From: Prasinococcaceae sp. CCMP 1430
Lineage: Eukaryota > Plantae > Prasinodermophyta
Assembly (NCBI GenBank): GCA_013416795.1
Contig: RQSC01000907.1
Span: forward strand, 136,131-177,218
Direction: 5' to 3'
DNA: 41,088 nucleotides
In this document: positions 9,321-21,999 of the stretch, one piece after another
Position numbering within the stretch: position 1 is the first letter of the stretch
Layout of the letters: every line of letters begins with the position of its first letter
Notes under the pieces: generated by a model
Seen by the model: the letters and a program-made list of their open reading frames with translations, nothing else
Told to the model about the DNA's origin: nothing
Database searches by the model: none
Position numbers and translations under genes: made by a program

Positions 9321-11150
9321 AATGTGATGCCTGGCACGTTCCTCTGTCACGAGCGCATGGCCGTGGTGAACCCCGACAACGGGCGCGTCGTGAACGGCGT
9401 CAAGCAGCCCACGGGTGAGCAGCCCATGTGGTCGCACACACGCCGCTACAGCTGGATCCACAACGGCGAGATCTACAACCACCAGGCGCTGGAGGAGAAG
9501 TACGACATCCAGGCGCCCTCGGGATCGGACAGCGAGGTCATCGGCTTCCTGTACGAGAAGCTTGGACCGGCGTTTGTCAAGGAGCTTGACGGCATGTACG
9601 CGTTCGTGGTTGTGGACCGCGAGGAGGGGACCACCTTCGCTGCGCGCGACCACATGGGCATCATCCCCATGTACATGGCGCGCGGCAAGGACGGTAGCGT
9701 GTACTTCGGCAGCGAGATGAAGATCTTCGCCGGCGACGACCAGATCGAGAGCTACGAGGAGTTTCCTCCTGGCTACCAGTTCACGCGACTGGCCGACGGC
9801 ACCGAAAAGATGGAGCGCTGGTACGAGCCGCGCTGGATTACCGACCGCGACTACGTGCCCACTGAGGAGGTCGACTACACCAAGGTGCGCGAGGCCTTCA
9901 TCGACGCCGTGGTGAGCCACATGATGGTCGACGTGAACCATGGTGTGCTGCTTAGCGGCGGGCTGGACTCAAGCCTGGTCACCGCCGTTGCCGTCAAGCA
10001 CGGCATGAAGGCCAGCAACCGCAAGTGGCACAACGAGAAGCTGCACTCGTTCTCCGTGGGCATCGAAGGTGCGCCGGACCTGCTTGCGGCGCGCAAGGTG
10101 GCAGAGTTCCTCGGCACGGACCACCACGAGTTCACGTTCACCGCACAGGAGGCGCTCGACGCGCTGCCGGACGTGGTGTACCACATCGAGTCCTTCGAGC
10201 AGGTGCGCGCGTCAGTGCCGATGTTCCTGCTCAGCCGAAAGATCAAGGGCTTCGGCGTCAAGATGGTCCTGTCGGGCGAGGGTGCCGACGAGATGTTCGG
10301 CGGGTACTTGTACTTCCACGAGGCACCCAACGCCGAGGAGTTCCACCGCGAGTGCGTGCGCAAGACTGAGCGCCTGCACAAGTGGGACGTGCTGCGCGCA
10401 AACAAGTCGACGGCGGCATGGGGCGTTGAGGCGCGCGTGCCCTTCCTCTCGCAGGGCTTCATCGACGTCGCGATGAACATCCGTCCGGAGGACAAGATGA
10501 TCGACATGAAGGAGCGTCCCGACGGCGTGCACCCCAAGAGCGAGAAGTACATCCTGCGCAAGGCCTTCGACACGCCCGACGACCCCTACCTGCCCGAGGA
10601 GGTGCTGTGGCGCCAGAAGGAGCAGTTCTCCGACGGCGTGGGCTATGACTGGGTGGACGGACTCAGGGACCATGCGGAGGCAGCCGTCTCCGACGAGATG
10701 TTCGAGGCGCGCGCGGAACGCTTTCCGGACAACACGCCGGCCACCAAGGAGTACTACCTGCTGCGCTCGCTCTTCGAGGAACACTTCCCAGAGAAGTGTG
10801 CCGTGGAGCAGATCCCCTCGGGCAAGTCGATCGCGTGCTCCACGCCCGAAGCAGTAGCGTGGAAGGAGGAGTGGATGAACAGCGTGGGGGATATCTCGGG
10901 CCGGGCTGTGAACGTGCACGACTCGTCAGACGGCTTCAGCGTGGATGGTGAGGCCGTGGCGGAGATGCCGTCGGCTTCGGTGGTGGCGACGGCCGCGGGG
11001 GTATCAGCGCGGCGGCGCGCCAGCGTGCGCGTGGCACGGGGGGGCATGGGCGGTGCTAGCACAGCTCCGCGGAGGAGGCGGACACATGCGCGGGCGACCG
11101 GCGCGCTGTCCATGTCGGCGGCGTCGTTCGCGCGCGCTGCGCTGTTGTAG
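9321..11150 (+). CDS. ASNS: Asparagine synthetase B (glutamine-hydrolysing), main exon; exon with N-terminal Cys not found
   Basis: FLCHERMAVV, HNGEIYNH, LDGMYAFV, ARDHMGIIPMY, LLSGGLDSSL, MVLSGEGADEMFGGY, RVPFL, EKYILRKAF, WRQKEQFSDGVG. Acceptor CGCACAG ends at 9320. Confidence 0.95.
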   Translation, partial: NVMPGTFLCHERMAVVNPDNGRVVNGVKQPTGEQPMWSHTRRYSWIHNGEIYNHQALEEKYDIQAPSGSDSEVIGFLYEKLGPAFVKELDGMYAFVVVDREEGTTFAARDHMGIIPMYMARGKDGSVYFGSEMKIFAGDDQIESYEEFPPGYQFTRLADGTEKMERWYEPRWITDRDYVPTEEVDYTKVREAFIDAVVSHMMVDVNHGVLLSGGLDSSLVTAVAVKHGMKASNRKWHNEKLHSFSVGIEGAPDLLAARKVAEFLGTDHHEFTFTAQEALDALPDVVYHIESFEQVRASVPMFLLSRKIKGFGVKMVLSGEGADEMFGGYLYFHEAPNAEEFHRECVRKTERLHKWDVLRANKSTAAWGVEARVPFLSQGFIDVAMNIRPEDKMIDMKERPDGVHPKSEKYILRKAFDTPDDPYLPEEVLWRQKEQFSDGVGYDWVDGLRDHAEAAVSDEMFEARAERFPDNTPATKEYYLLRSLFEEHFPEKCAVEQIPSGKSIACSTPEAVAWKEEWMNSVGDISGRAVNVHDSSDGFSVDGEAVAEMPSASVVATAAGVSARRRASVRVARGGMGGASTAPRRRRTHARATGALSMSAASFARAALL

Positions 11151-11307
11151 GTGGGGTCAGCGCCGGCTTCGAATCGAAGCGGGCGTGAGCAGCGTGCCGC
11201 TGAGTGTACGCGTAAGCATGACGCAGCGAATCGCCACACCTCCTCCAGTGGTCGCGCTGGCGCCGCCGCCGGCCAGTGATGTGCTGTGCTGCTGACTAAG
11301 AAAAGAA

Positions 11308-12461
11308 TTACTGCTGCGCGCACTGAACGCCGGGCCCGCCCGCGCCGCCGCGCGGGTCGTCATCCTCGTCATCGTAGGCCTGCTGGCGATCACGCGCGGC
11401 GCCCTGGCGCATGTCCGCCTCAAAGTCGACGGAGTTCAGCATGCACTCCTCTGCGTCGTCGACGTCCATCGACGCGGCAGGCGGCGCGCCGAACACCGCC
11501 TGCAGCTGCTTGGCCTCCGCCTCGCCGATGTCGCCGTCCTCCGGAAACGTGACCTTGAACTTGACGTACAGGTTGCCCTTGTCGAAGGGGCGCCCATGGA
11601 CGGGCATGCCCTCATCGTTGATCTTCTTGACCTCGCCTGGGCGAATGATCTCCCCTGGTTGCGTCTTGACGAGCAGCGTGCGCCCGTCCAGGTGCTTGAT
11701 GGTGCCCGTGTATCCTGTGAGTGCCTCGACGAGCGTGATCTCCTTTTCGACGATGAGGTCGCTCCCCTTGCGCGTGAAGGTCTTGTGCTCCTTCTGCTGC
11801 AGCACAAACACAATGTCACCCGGCACGGTGTCCGGCGCCTCGTCCGCCTCGCCCCGGAAGACAATCTTTTGCCCATGCCGCATGCCCTTCTCGACGAAGA
11901 CCTCGAGAATCTTGCGTTGCTGCACCACCTTGTTGCCCTTGCACTCGTCGCAGCGGTCGCCGGGCGCGAAAACCTGGCCCGAGCCGTTGCACTCGGAGCA
12001 CACGACCTGCACCTGCTGGATCATGCCAGGGCCGATCTGCCTCATCTGCATACGAGCGCCCGCGCCGCCGCAGGCCCGGCAGGTCGTGGTGCGGCCGCTC
12101 TTCGAGCCAGTGCCCTTGCACTTCGGGCAGATCAGGTTCTTGCTCAGGGAGAGCTTCTTCTTGGCGCCGTTGTACAGGTCGTCGAGCGTCATCTTCAGCT
12201 GGTGGACGACGTCCTCGCCGCGGCGCTCCCTGCGCCCGCGCGAGCTGCCACCCATACCACCCATACCACCGCCGAACATTTGCTCGAAGATGTCAAACGG
12301 GTTGCCGCCACCACCGCCGGGGCCCATGCCCTCCTTGAGAGCGTCCTCGCCGTACTCGTCGTAGATTTCTTTCTTCTCGGGGTCGCTCAGCACCTCGTAC
12401 GCAGCGGTGATCTCCTTGAAAACCTCGGGGTCACCGCCCTTGTCGGGGTGGTTCTTCATGG
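11308..12461 (-). CDS. DNAJA: Type I DnaJ/Hsp40 (DNAJA/J3-like), last exon; first exon not in sequenced bases
   Basis: HPDKGGDPE J-domain motif, G/F region, four CxxCxGxG repeats, C-terminal farnesylation motif CAQQ. Polypyrimidine tract and GTGCAG acceptor immediately before CC-ATG-AAG-AAC. Confidence 0.95.
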
Positions 12462-13368
12462 CTGCACGGGCGCGTGCGGCGATGCGCGGGGAGGGGCGAA
12501 TTGGGATGGGGACGGGAGGCCGCAGGGAGCAAAAGAAGCACGCCGAAGTGGCAAAGGAGAGCGTCAGCGCAGTGCGATGGGCGGAAGTCCCCCCCTCCTC
12601 TTCCCCCTTCCCCTCACGCGCGGCGCGCGCGCGCGAGGCGGGGGGAGACGAAGCGCCACAAATGCTCGGTACGGCGACTCTCCTTCACGTCCGCCCACCC
12701 AGGCCACCCCGCCCCGGCAGCGCACGGCGCCAAGACGGCCGTCGCAAGAGCACGCGGCTTTTTCGGGATACCACAGCGCACTCCAGCGTGCGCCTCCAAG
12801 TCCGGGGCGCAGCGGCTGGCGCACTCCCCTTCTTTCCCCGCCCGCGGCACCGCGGCGCTTCCTTCTTCTCATGGACACCCTCCACACCCATGCACCGGCC
12901 CGCCCCGCCCCGCCCGCTCGGGCACGCCGCCGCCCGCGCGCCCCACCGCGCGCGCGCTGTGGTGGTCCCCGCGCGCGCGCGCGCGCGAATGCGCCGACGC
13001 GCACCGGCCCGAACCCGAACCCCGACCCCAGGGGAAACACCTGCAAATCAAACATTTCATGCTTCGAATATAAACCCTATTACCAATTTAACCCAATTCG
13101 CGGCCCACCGCCGGCGCGCGTGGAGGCGAGGTGCGGGCGGGGCGCCGAGGCCGAGGCCACAACCCCCAAAAAACGGAAGTGCCAAATTCGACGCGAGCTC
13201 ACCCCCGTCTCACGTATAACAGAATGTGCAAATACCTTCAATATCTAATTTCGATGCGCCAAACCCGAACCCTGAGACGTCTACGCCTCCCTCCCGGGAA
13301 ATGCTGTGGCCGGCGCGCGGCGCGGCGCGCGCGAGTTCCGGAAGCCGGCCGGCCGGCCGACCGGCGCG

Positions 13369-13459
13369 NNNNNNNNNNNNNNNNNNNNNNNNNNNNNNNN
13401 NNNNNNNNNNNNNNNNNNNNNNNNNNNNNNNNNNNNNNNNNNNNNNNNNNNNNNNNNNN
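13369..13459. other. Assembly gap (91 N), probably hiding the DnaJ/CCDC81-like divergent promoter and first exons
   Basis: Run of N; the genes on both sides lack their 5' ends. Confidence 0.9.
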
Positions 13460-14883
13460 CGGGCGCTGCCGCGCGCAAGTGGCGCGCGCTCGATGAGGGG
13501 GCCGTCCGCGCCGCGTGGCGCGAGTTCGGCGCAGCGGTCGCCGCGACGCTGCGCGCAGGCAGCGGCGTCCTCGTGCCAGGGCTCGGCACGTTCTCGGTCG
13601 GCGAGGTGTACCACCCGAGCGGTGGCTCACAGCGTCCGCTCGCAGGGAAGCATGCGACCTTCGAGTTCTCGCAGGCCTTCAAGAACGTGCTCCAGGCCAA
13701 GCCCGCGCTCTACCAGACGGGCCCGCGGCCTGTGAGGAAGACAAACTTCGCGCTCATCGCGCAGCGCACTACGCTGTCTCGCACCGATGCTCAGCGCGCG
13801 CTCACGCTGTGCTTCAACGAGCTCTCGAAAATGTTACTTGCCGGCGGGCGCCGGGTTTCGGTGGCAATCCCGTCGGTTGCGACCGTCAAACTCACCCGGA
13901 AGGGCATCGCCAAGGTGAACATCAACGCGATGCTCGAGGACCTGCTCGCGCCCCCCAAGTACGCGAGCAAGGCGGTCGACGTCGCGCCGCCGCCGCTCTC
14001 CGAGCGTGCGAAGCCGCCGCAACCCGAGATCAACGTCGAGCTCACAGCAGACAATGCCGCAGAGGTGTTCATGGACGTCTGCGTCGATGCAGACCGCGTT
14101 GGTTGCGGCATGGTACGCGCCGTGGACATCTTCAGGGCCATGGCCCCAGGACAGCCGCTGCAAGGGCTCGAGGAGCTCGCGCCCGCCGACAACGTCGCCG
14201 CGGCGCTCGAGCGCCTCATGACCACCAAAGGCCTCCTCAACTACACACGCTTCGCCAGGGTGCTCGCCAAAGCTCTTCGCAAGGAGCCTCCCGCCGTGGC
14301 TATCACCAAGCGCGGCAAAGCCATCGCAAAGGGCGAGGCCACCAAGGTCGCCGAGGAGGGGGGCATCATTGCCGACGATTGGGAAGTTGTTGAGGCTGGC
14401 ATTCCGTGGGTGCCATCCACGCGCTTCAGCAGGCCGACGCTCACTCGCGAACAGTGCGACGCGTGGAACAGCGCCGCTGCCGAGGCGCGCAAGCGTGCGT
14501 ACGCTGAGGGTGAGGGCCTGGCGCCCTCGGTCGGCAGCGGCACGTATGCGCGCGCCAGCGTGGACTTCGGGTATAACAGCGGCTGGAGCACGGCGGGCAT
14601 GCCGCCTACCTTCGTCCAGCGACGCTGGGCACGCACCGCCGAGGCCATGGCTGCGTGGGAAGCAGAGGACGCACCGCTGCTCGAGGCCGAGAAGCGCGCC
14701 GAGCAGGCACGCAAGAGCAAGGCCGCCGAGGCCAAACTAGCCTACCGAGCGGACCTCGACGCACTCGTTGCCACGCGCGCCGCCGGCGTCGCGGCGGCCC
14801 TCGGTGCGGCGAACGCGTGGCCCTACCATGTCGCCTGGGATGCGGCCTCGCCGCGGCCCGCCACCGCGCCTGGGAGACACTGA
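13460..14883 (+). CDS. CCDC81-like protein (tandem HU-like domains) with an EF-hand-like segment; 5' end in gap
   Basis: AVRAAWREFGAAVAATLRAGSGVLVPGLGTFS and NFALIAQRTTLSRTDAQRALTLCFNELSK..RVSVAIPSVATV fit the two eukaryotic HU-CCDC81 domains; VFMDVCVDADRVGCGMV is EF-hand-like. Confidence 0.65.
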
Positions 14884-15080
14884 GGAGCCGCCCGCCCAAG
14901 CGCACGCGCGCGGACGGTCGCCACGGGCATCTTTAGACTCGCGCATCAATCCCGCCCCGCTCCCGGTCTAGTAGTAAATCATGGTGTGCCACGAGGGTAG
15001 GAGAGATGCGTCGCGCCGAGCGCGACAAGTCCAGACGTGGTGAAGACTTACTGTACGTGAGGCCGGAGACATACATGTGG

Positions 15081-16955
15081 TCAGCGCGAGCTGTGGTCGA
15101 TGTACTTGATCGCGAGGTACGCACAGATGAAGAAAGCGCAAGGAAAAATGAACATGTAGCCGACCTGGTTCTCGAGCGTCTTGTGCTCCATTCCGTAAAA
15201 CTCCAGGATGGTCTCTCCTCCCACCGAGAAAACTGGGTCGGTATCCTGGAATTGGTTGAGCATGAAGCTCTGGAAGGGATACCTAAGGAAGTCAATGGCC
15301 GCTGCCCAGCGCCAGCCATCCGGAATATTGTCGTCTGTGATGAAGAGCCCGCCGAAGAACAGCTGGATGGTGACGTAGGTAGGGAGTGCAGCGTTCGCAA
15401 CCTCCAGGTTCGGGCACGCGCTCGCAAAGAAGTAGGCGAGGATGATCCCCGCGACGGAGCTGAGATAATATGTCAGCCAGTAGTATCCAAAGGTGCCCTG
15501 CATCCCAATAGCGAAGTACGTGGCGCAACAGTACACGGTAGTCGTGAGGAGCGCCATCAAGCCCTCCTCGAGCACTTTCCACACCAGATATGTCAAGCTA
15601 TTGTAACAGCCGTCGTTCCTCTCGCGGTAGAAGAGCGGGCGCTCGAGCACCAGCGTGGGCACGTACGCGGCGGCGCCGTAGCCGTTGAGCGCGGTCGCCA
15701 TGAAGAGCACCGACGTGGTGCTCTGCACCGACTGAGGGTCTACGTCGCTGCCGACTCCCCAGTAGAGCGACATAAGGATGAACGAGAAGAGCACCTTGTC
15801 GCCGAACCTCGGTCCGAGAAAGTCGGGGGTTGGCATCGCCTTCGCGGTGCGCCAGCGCAGCAGCGTGCCCAGTGCGTGCCATGACGAGTTGCGCGTGGCC
15901 GTGGTCATCTCGATGCGCGACCTCTGTGCTGTCGTAGACTGGGCTGCCTCCTCCCTGACGGCCGCCACCAGTGTCGCGCGCTCCTCGTCGGCGCGCTTGC
16001 GCTCGGCGCTCGAGGCGAAGCGCTCCGCCATCGCGCTTGCGTCGTCAGCGGCGAGCGCGAAGCCCTTGGCGTTGGAGGCGGTGCGGCCCGCCTCGATTGC
16101 CTCGCGCTCGCGTGCGTACTTGGTGACCGCCCCAATGCCCCCGTTCATGATGTCAATGACCCATTCGCACAGCGAGTACGATGTCATGTGCTCGGGGTAC
16201 TCGAATCCTTCGCCCTCGAAGAACTTCCTGAGCCCTGCGCCGCCGCCGCTGAGATCACCGAAGAAGGTAGTCGAACCCCCCTTCAGCAGTAGCAGGCGAT
16301 CGAACATTCCAAACGCCATGCCCGTGGGCGAGTGTATGGTAGCACAGATGGTGCATTGCGTGCTCTTGGCGAGCTCCTTGAGCACGACAACCACCTCGTT
16401 TGCCATCGTAGAGTCCAGCCCAGTCGTGGGCTCGTCAAGGAAGAGCACGTCCGGACGCGTGACCAATGCGAGGCCAACGTTGACGCGCTTGGCCTGCCCA
16501 CCGCTCACGCCGCGCTTGAGGTCGTTGCCGATGACGGTGTCGGCGCACTCGGTCAGGCGAAGCTGCTCCATCACCGTGTCGACGAGCGCCTTCATGTCGG
16601 CGGCGGGCATTTTCGAGTCGTTCTTGAGCGCCGCCGTGTAAGAGAGCATTTCGCGCACGGTGAGGATGTCGCACAGGGTGTCCTTTTGCTCCACATAGCC
16701 CACGCGCTGCCGCAGCGCCCCGGCCGTCGGCGCAGCGCCGCCGTACAACACCTCGCCACTGATCGTGCCCGCCGTCTTGCGGCCGGCGAGCACGTCGAGC
16801 AGTGTCGTCTTGCCGCAGCCGGAGGGGCCCATGAGCGCGGTGAGCTCATTGGGCCGCAGATAGCCGCTGACGCCGTGAAGGATCTCGATGGGCTCAGCTT
16901 TGCGCCCACGGCCGGGCACCGAGTAGTGCACGTCCTCGAAGGTCACAAGTACCAT
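15081..16955 (-). CDS. ABCG (White-family) half-size ABC transporter
   Basis: 624 aa, intronless. Walker A GPSGCGKTT, signature VSGGQAKRV, LFLDEPTTGLDS, H-loop TIHSP, C-terminal ABC2 membrane domain (LERPLFYRER). Confidence 0.95.
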   Translation of the reverse strand: MVLVTFEDVHYSVPGRGRKAEPIEILHGVSGYLRPNELTALMGPSGCGKTTLLDVLAGRKTAGTISGEVLYGGAAPTAGALRQRVGYVEQKDTLCDILTVREMLSYTAALKNDSKMPAADMKALVDTVMEQLRLTECADTVIGNDLKRGVSGGQAKRVNVGLALVTRPDVLFLDEPTTGLDSTMANEVVVVLKELAKSTQCTICATIHSPTGMAFGMFDRLLLLKGGSTTFFGDLSGGGAGLRKFFEGEGFEYPEHMTSYSLCEWVIDIMNGGIGAVTKYAREREAIEAGRTASNAKGFALAADDASAMAERFASSAERKRADEERATLVAAVREEAAQSTTAQRSRIEMTTATRNSSWHALGTLLRWRTAKAMPTPDFLGPRFGDKVLFSFILMSLYWGVGSDVDPQSVQSTTSVLFMATALNGYGAAAYVPTLVLERPLFYRERNDGCYNSLTYLVWKVLEEGLMALLTTTVYCCATYFAIGMQGTFGYYWLTYYLSSVAGIILAYFFASACPNLEVANAALPTYVTIQLFFGGLFITDDNIPDGWRWAAAIDFLRYPFQSFMLNQFQDTDPVFSVGGETILEFYGMEHKTLENQVGYMFIFPCAFFICAYLAIKYIDHSSR

Positions 16956-17484
16956 CGCGGCGGCGCGGTCGCACTTCAGCGCCCCGCCCCTCCCCCGCGC
17001 ACCGCGCGCGCTTCGTGGCGCACCGCCTGGCGGCCCTCCATGCGGCGCGCGCGCGCGCGCGCGTCACACTACGCGCCGCGTGGCGGCGGCTCGCGCCCCC
17101 TCCTCCGACCGACCGAGCCGCCGCGCAGCTCTCTGTCTGGCTCGAAACGTGGGGCGCGCCGCGCGCGTATCCGGCGCGATCCGTCCCCGAACGAGCCCCG
17201 CCGCGGACCCACCGCCCCGCGGCGTGGCGCCGCGCTCGGTCGGTCGGTCGGTCGGGGAACCGCGCGCACCTCGGAGGCGTACCATCACTCCCATGGATGG
17301 TACCTGGTACAGTACTCGCCCACGATCTCGAGGGATGCAAAACCCAAACCACACGCCGCGCGCACCAACCCAAAACCCAATCAAAACGCATCCACTCACG
17401 ATGAATGGGACCCTACCCTAAATAGTACCACATGCGCTCTGATCGCCCGTTGGTACATATGATTGTATATTTAGTGTATCATCA

Positions 17485-19465
<1,981 letters not shown>

Positions 19466-19562
19466 GCGAGCGTCCTACCTGAGCCGCTGCACGAGTGTAA
19501 AAGTTGTGATAGATATTTACATCCTCGGTGCGAGGTGCCGCGCAAGCTTGCCCTGACCTCGT

Positions 19563-20558
19563 TCAGTCCATGTCATCCGCCTCGACGCGCTCGCGCGCGA
19601 AGCGCACCGGCACGTCTGGTGACCCTCCGTTGTCGACCTCGCCGCCGCCATCCATCGCCATCGCCGCCGGGCCTGAATTGCCGTTGCCGGCCAAGCCACC
19701 AGCAGTGCCCGCCGCCACCTTGACGTTTGCCTGGCCGCTGGCTAGCCCCGCCGCGAGCTGCCTCTCGCGCCTCTTGGCCCGCTTCTTGGCGGACTTCGAC
19801 AGGCCCATCCCACCGCCGCCGCCGAGCGGCTGGTCAAGCCGGCTCGCGCCGCGGCCCCTGTGATTGCCCTTGCCCACGCCCCCCTTGACCCACAGCCGCC
19901 GCGTCTTGTGATTCGGGTTGAACTGCTTGACGTCCGCGTGGCTCGCCAGGCGATACTTCAACGGGATGTCCACGCCGTCCTTCGGAAAGGGCACGCCGTC
20001 GATGTAGTTGGCGAAGTCCGGCACGAGCGGGTTGTCCAGGGCGGGCTTGCGCAGGCGGTACATCGCGCGCTTGGCCGCGTGCATATTCGCAAACACCACG
20101 TTGCAAGAGGAGTCGTTGATCCACTCCACGTGCGTGGGCTCGTGCGCACGAAAGTACTCGAAGATCTCTCGCGTCGACATGGCGTCCGTGCCGTAGAGGT
20201 GCACCGCCTCGGGGCGCACCTCGACGCCCGGCGGCGCGTCCTTCGCCTCCTCGAGGAAGTCGAGCGCCGCCTCGCCCCCCGAGACGTCCATGCCGACGGC
20301 CGCGGCGGCATCGGCGTCCCTGGCGGCGTCGTATCCTTCGATCCCGAAGCGCTCCGCGCGCTTCGCGCGCTCCTGCGCGAGGAGCACTGCCTTGGCGCGC
20401 TGCTCCTCGACGGCGGCCGCGGCGGCGGCCTTGGCCTCCTCCGCCACCTTCTCCGCGGCGAGCTGCTCCTCGGTCGGGCGGATCGTCGCGCTCGGCGCGA
20501 TCGTGCCGAACTTCGCGGCGCGTGCCTCCCGCTTCGCGATCTCCTCGGCGGAGTACAT
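19563..20558 (-). CDS. NCBP3: Nuclear cap-binding protein subunit 3 (NCBP3) family RRM protein; start uncertain, may extend past the n at 20771
   Basis: KREARAAKFG and KRAERFG repeats, then RPEAVHLYGTDAMSTREIFEYF..PTHVEWINDSSCNVVF, diagnostic of NCBP3. Confidence 0.85.
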   Translation of the reverse strand: MYSAEEIAKREARAAKFGTIAPSATIRPTEEQLAAEKVAEEAKAAAAAAVEEQRAKAVLLAQERAKRAERFGIEGYDAARDADAAAAVGMDVSGGEAALDFLEEAKDAPPGVEVRPEAVHLYGTDAMSTREIFEYFRAHEPTHVEWINDSSCNVVFANMHAAKRAMYRLRKPALDNPLVPDFANYIDGVPFPKDGVDIPLKYRLASHADVKQFNPNHKTRRLWVKGGVGKGNHRGRGASRLDQPLGGGGGMGLSKSAKKRAKRRERQLAAGLASGQANVKVAAGTAGGLAGNGNSGPAAMAMDGGGEVDNGGSPDVPVRFARERVEADDMD

Positions 20559-21143
20559 GTCCCACGCGGCAGCCGCGGCGCCGCCGCCGCCCGCAGCGGC
20601 CCTCCCCAGGAACGGGTTCGCGTACGCCTTCGTGCGGACCCCCGGCGGGCCGGCGGCCTCGCGTCCGACAGCCCCGCCTCGTACATCGGCACGATTTCCG
20701 AAGGGGTGGGTACAGCAGCCACCGTCAGGTTCCAGGCTGTGGAGCTCATCTTGGAGCCCGCGCCACGGCCNTCGGCGGGCGGTACACGTCATCACCCTCA
20801 CCGCCCCCGCCGCGTCGACGCCCGCCTCCTCCACGTCGGCGGCCACGGCCACGGCCGCTGCGCGCGTCCCGCCCCGGTCGCTATTAGGGTTTATGATGTA
20901 GGGTTTAGGTACAGGGTGACTGCAGTCGACTGCGCAGCTTCCGTCTGACTGACGACCTGACCAGCCGACTCTGAGCGATGACTGCTCAATCTGATCACGC
21001 ACCGGCGTGCACACGCCGACCCACCGACAGACACACAGATGCAGATGGTGATCGGCAAAATAGGCAGACAGAAGGTGGATGGCAGATGGATGGCGAGCAT
21101 GAGTCAGTCAGTTAGTCAGATCTGCTCTTTTTGTGTTGTGTGT

Positions 21144-21175
21144 ATGGATGGATGGATGGATGGATGGATGGATGG
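21144..21175 (+). repeat. (ATGG)8 microsatellite
   Basis: Eight perfect ATGG units. Confidence 0.95.
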
Positions 21176-21288
21176 GACAGGCCGCGGCCGGACCGCCCGG
21201 ATTCGGATTCGGTCCCTTCCGCCTCTCGCTTTCCGCGCACGCGCGAGATTTTTTCGACGGCGCCGCGTCGGCGCCCCCCCCGCGAACG

Positions 21289-21999
21289 ATGGGGGGCGAT
21301 CGCGGCGCCGCCACGCGCGCGCCCGCGAGGCGCGGAGACGCGCGGCGCGCGGCGCTGCGACGGGCGGCGGCGGACGCGGCGCCGTTCGTTGCCGTCGCCG
21401 TGCTGCCGCTGCCACTGCCCACGAACGAGCGCGACGCGCTTCGCGCGCTGCGAGCTCGGCTGCAACTCGAGGGGCGGCTTCCAGGCGCTCCGCAGCCCGC
21501 CGTCGACGACGTGTACCTGGACGTGCTCGAGTGCGCGAAAGTGTGGGAGGAGACGGTCCAGGACGCGCGCGCGCGCGGCGACGGGTGCGCCATCGGCGAC
21601 TTCGACCTCTGCGTGGTGCAGGTGAAGCTGCTGAGGAGCACGATGTGTCCGCGGCTGCACGTAGACCACGTCGCCGCGCGCGCCATGTGCACGATCATCG
21701 GACGCGGTACCGAATACGTCGAGGATCCGGGCGTGCTGTCCAAGGTCGCCTCCTTCACGGCGGCGACTCCCGGCGGCTACGCGCTCGGCGTTGCCGACAA
21801 GCTCAAGGACGCCGTGGAGCGCGTGGCTTCGTTCGGCGAAGCCCGCGAGCGCGAGGTCGTGCTCATCAAAGGCACCGCGTGGCCCGGCTCGCGCCGGCAG
21901 GACGCCATCCTCCACCGCTCACCTCCGGTCGACGCCGACAGCGGCGAGTTCCGGCTGGTGGTCAAGGTGGACGAGGGCATCAACGGCGGGCGATCGTGA
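21289..21999 (+). CDS. DUF1826 family protein
   Basis: MCPRLHVDHVAARAMCTIIGRGTEY and VVLIKGTAWPG..ILHRSPP..RLVVKVD match the DUF1826 pattern (CPxFHVD..R..TYxGxGTE, LLKG..W, HRSP). R/A-rich N-terminus may be a transit peptide. Confidence 0.8.
   Translation: MGGDRGAATRAPARRGDARRAALRRAAADAAPFVAVAVLPLPLPTNERDALRALRARLQLEGRLPGAPQPAVDDVYLDVLECAKVWEETVQDARARGDGCAIGDFDLCVVQVKLLRSTMCPRLHVDHVAARAMCTIIGRGTEYVEDPGVLSKVASFTAATPGGYALGVADKLKDAVERVASFGEAREREVVLIKGTAWPGSRRQDAILHRSPPVDADSGEFRLVVKVDEGINGGRS

Noticed and set aside
11411-13248. Long antisense ORFs over DnaJ (and similar ones over ASNS, ABCG, SLY1, RPT5, TAB2)
   Set aside because: Shadow frames expected from very high GC3 and scarce stop codons; no motifs.
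20726-20796. Minus-strand GTGATGA ... CTGA as a second C/D snoRNA
   Set aside because: No terminal stem, no guide I could match to rRNA or snRNA, and an n within it.
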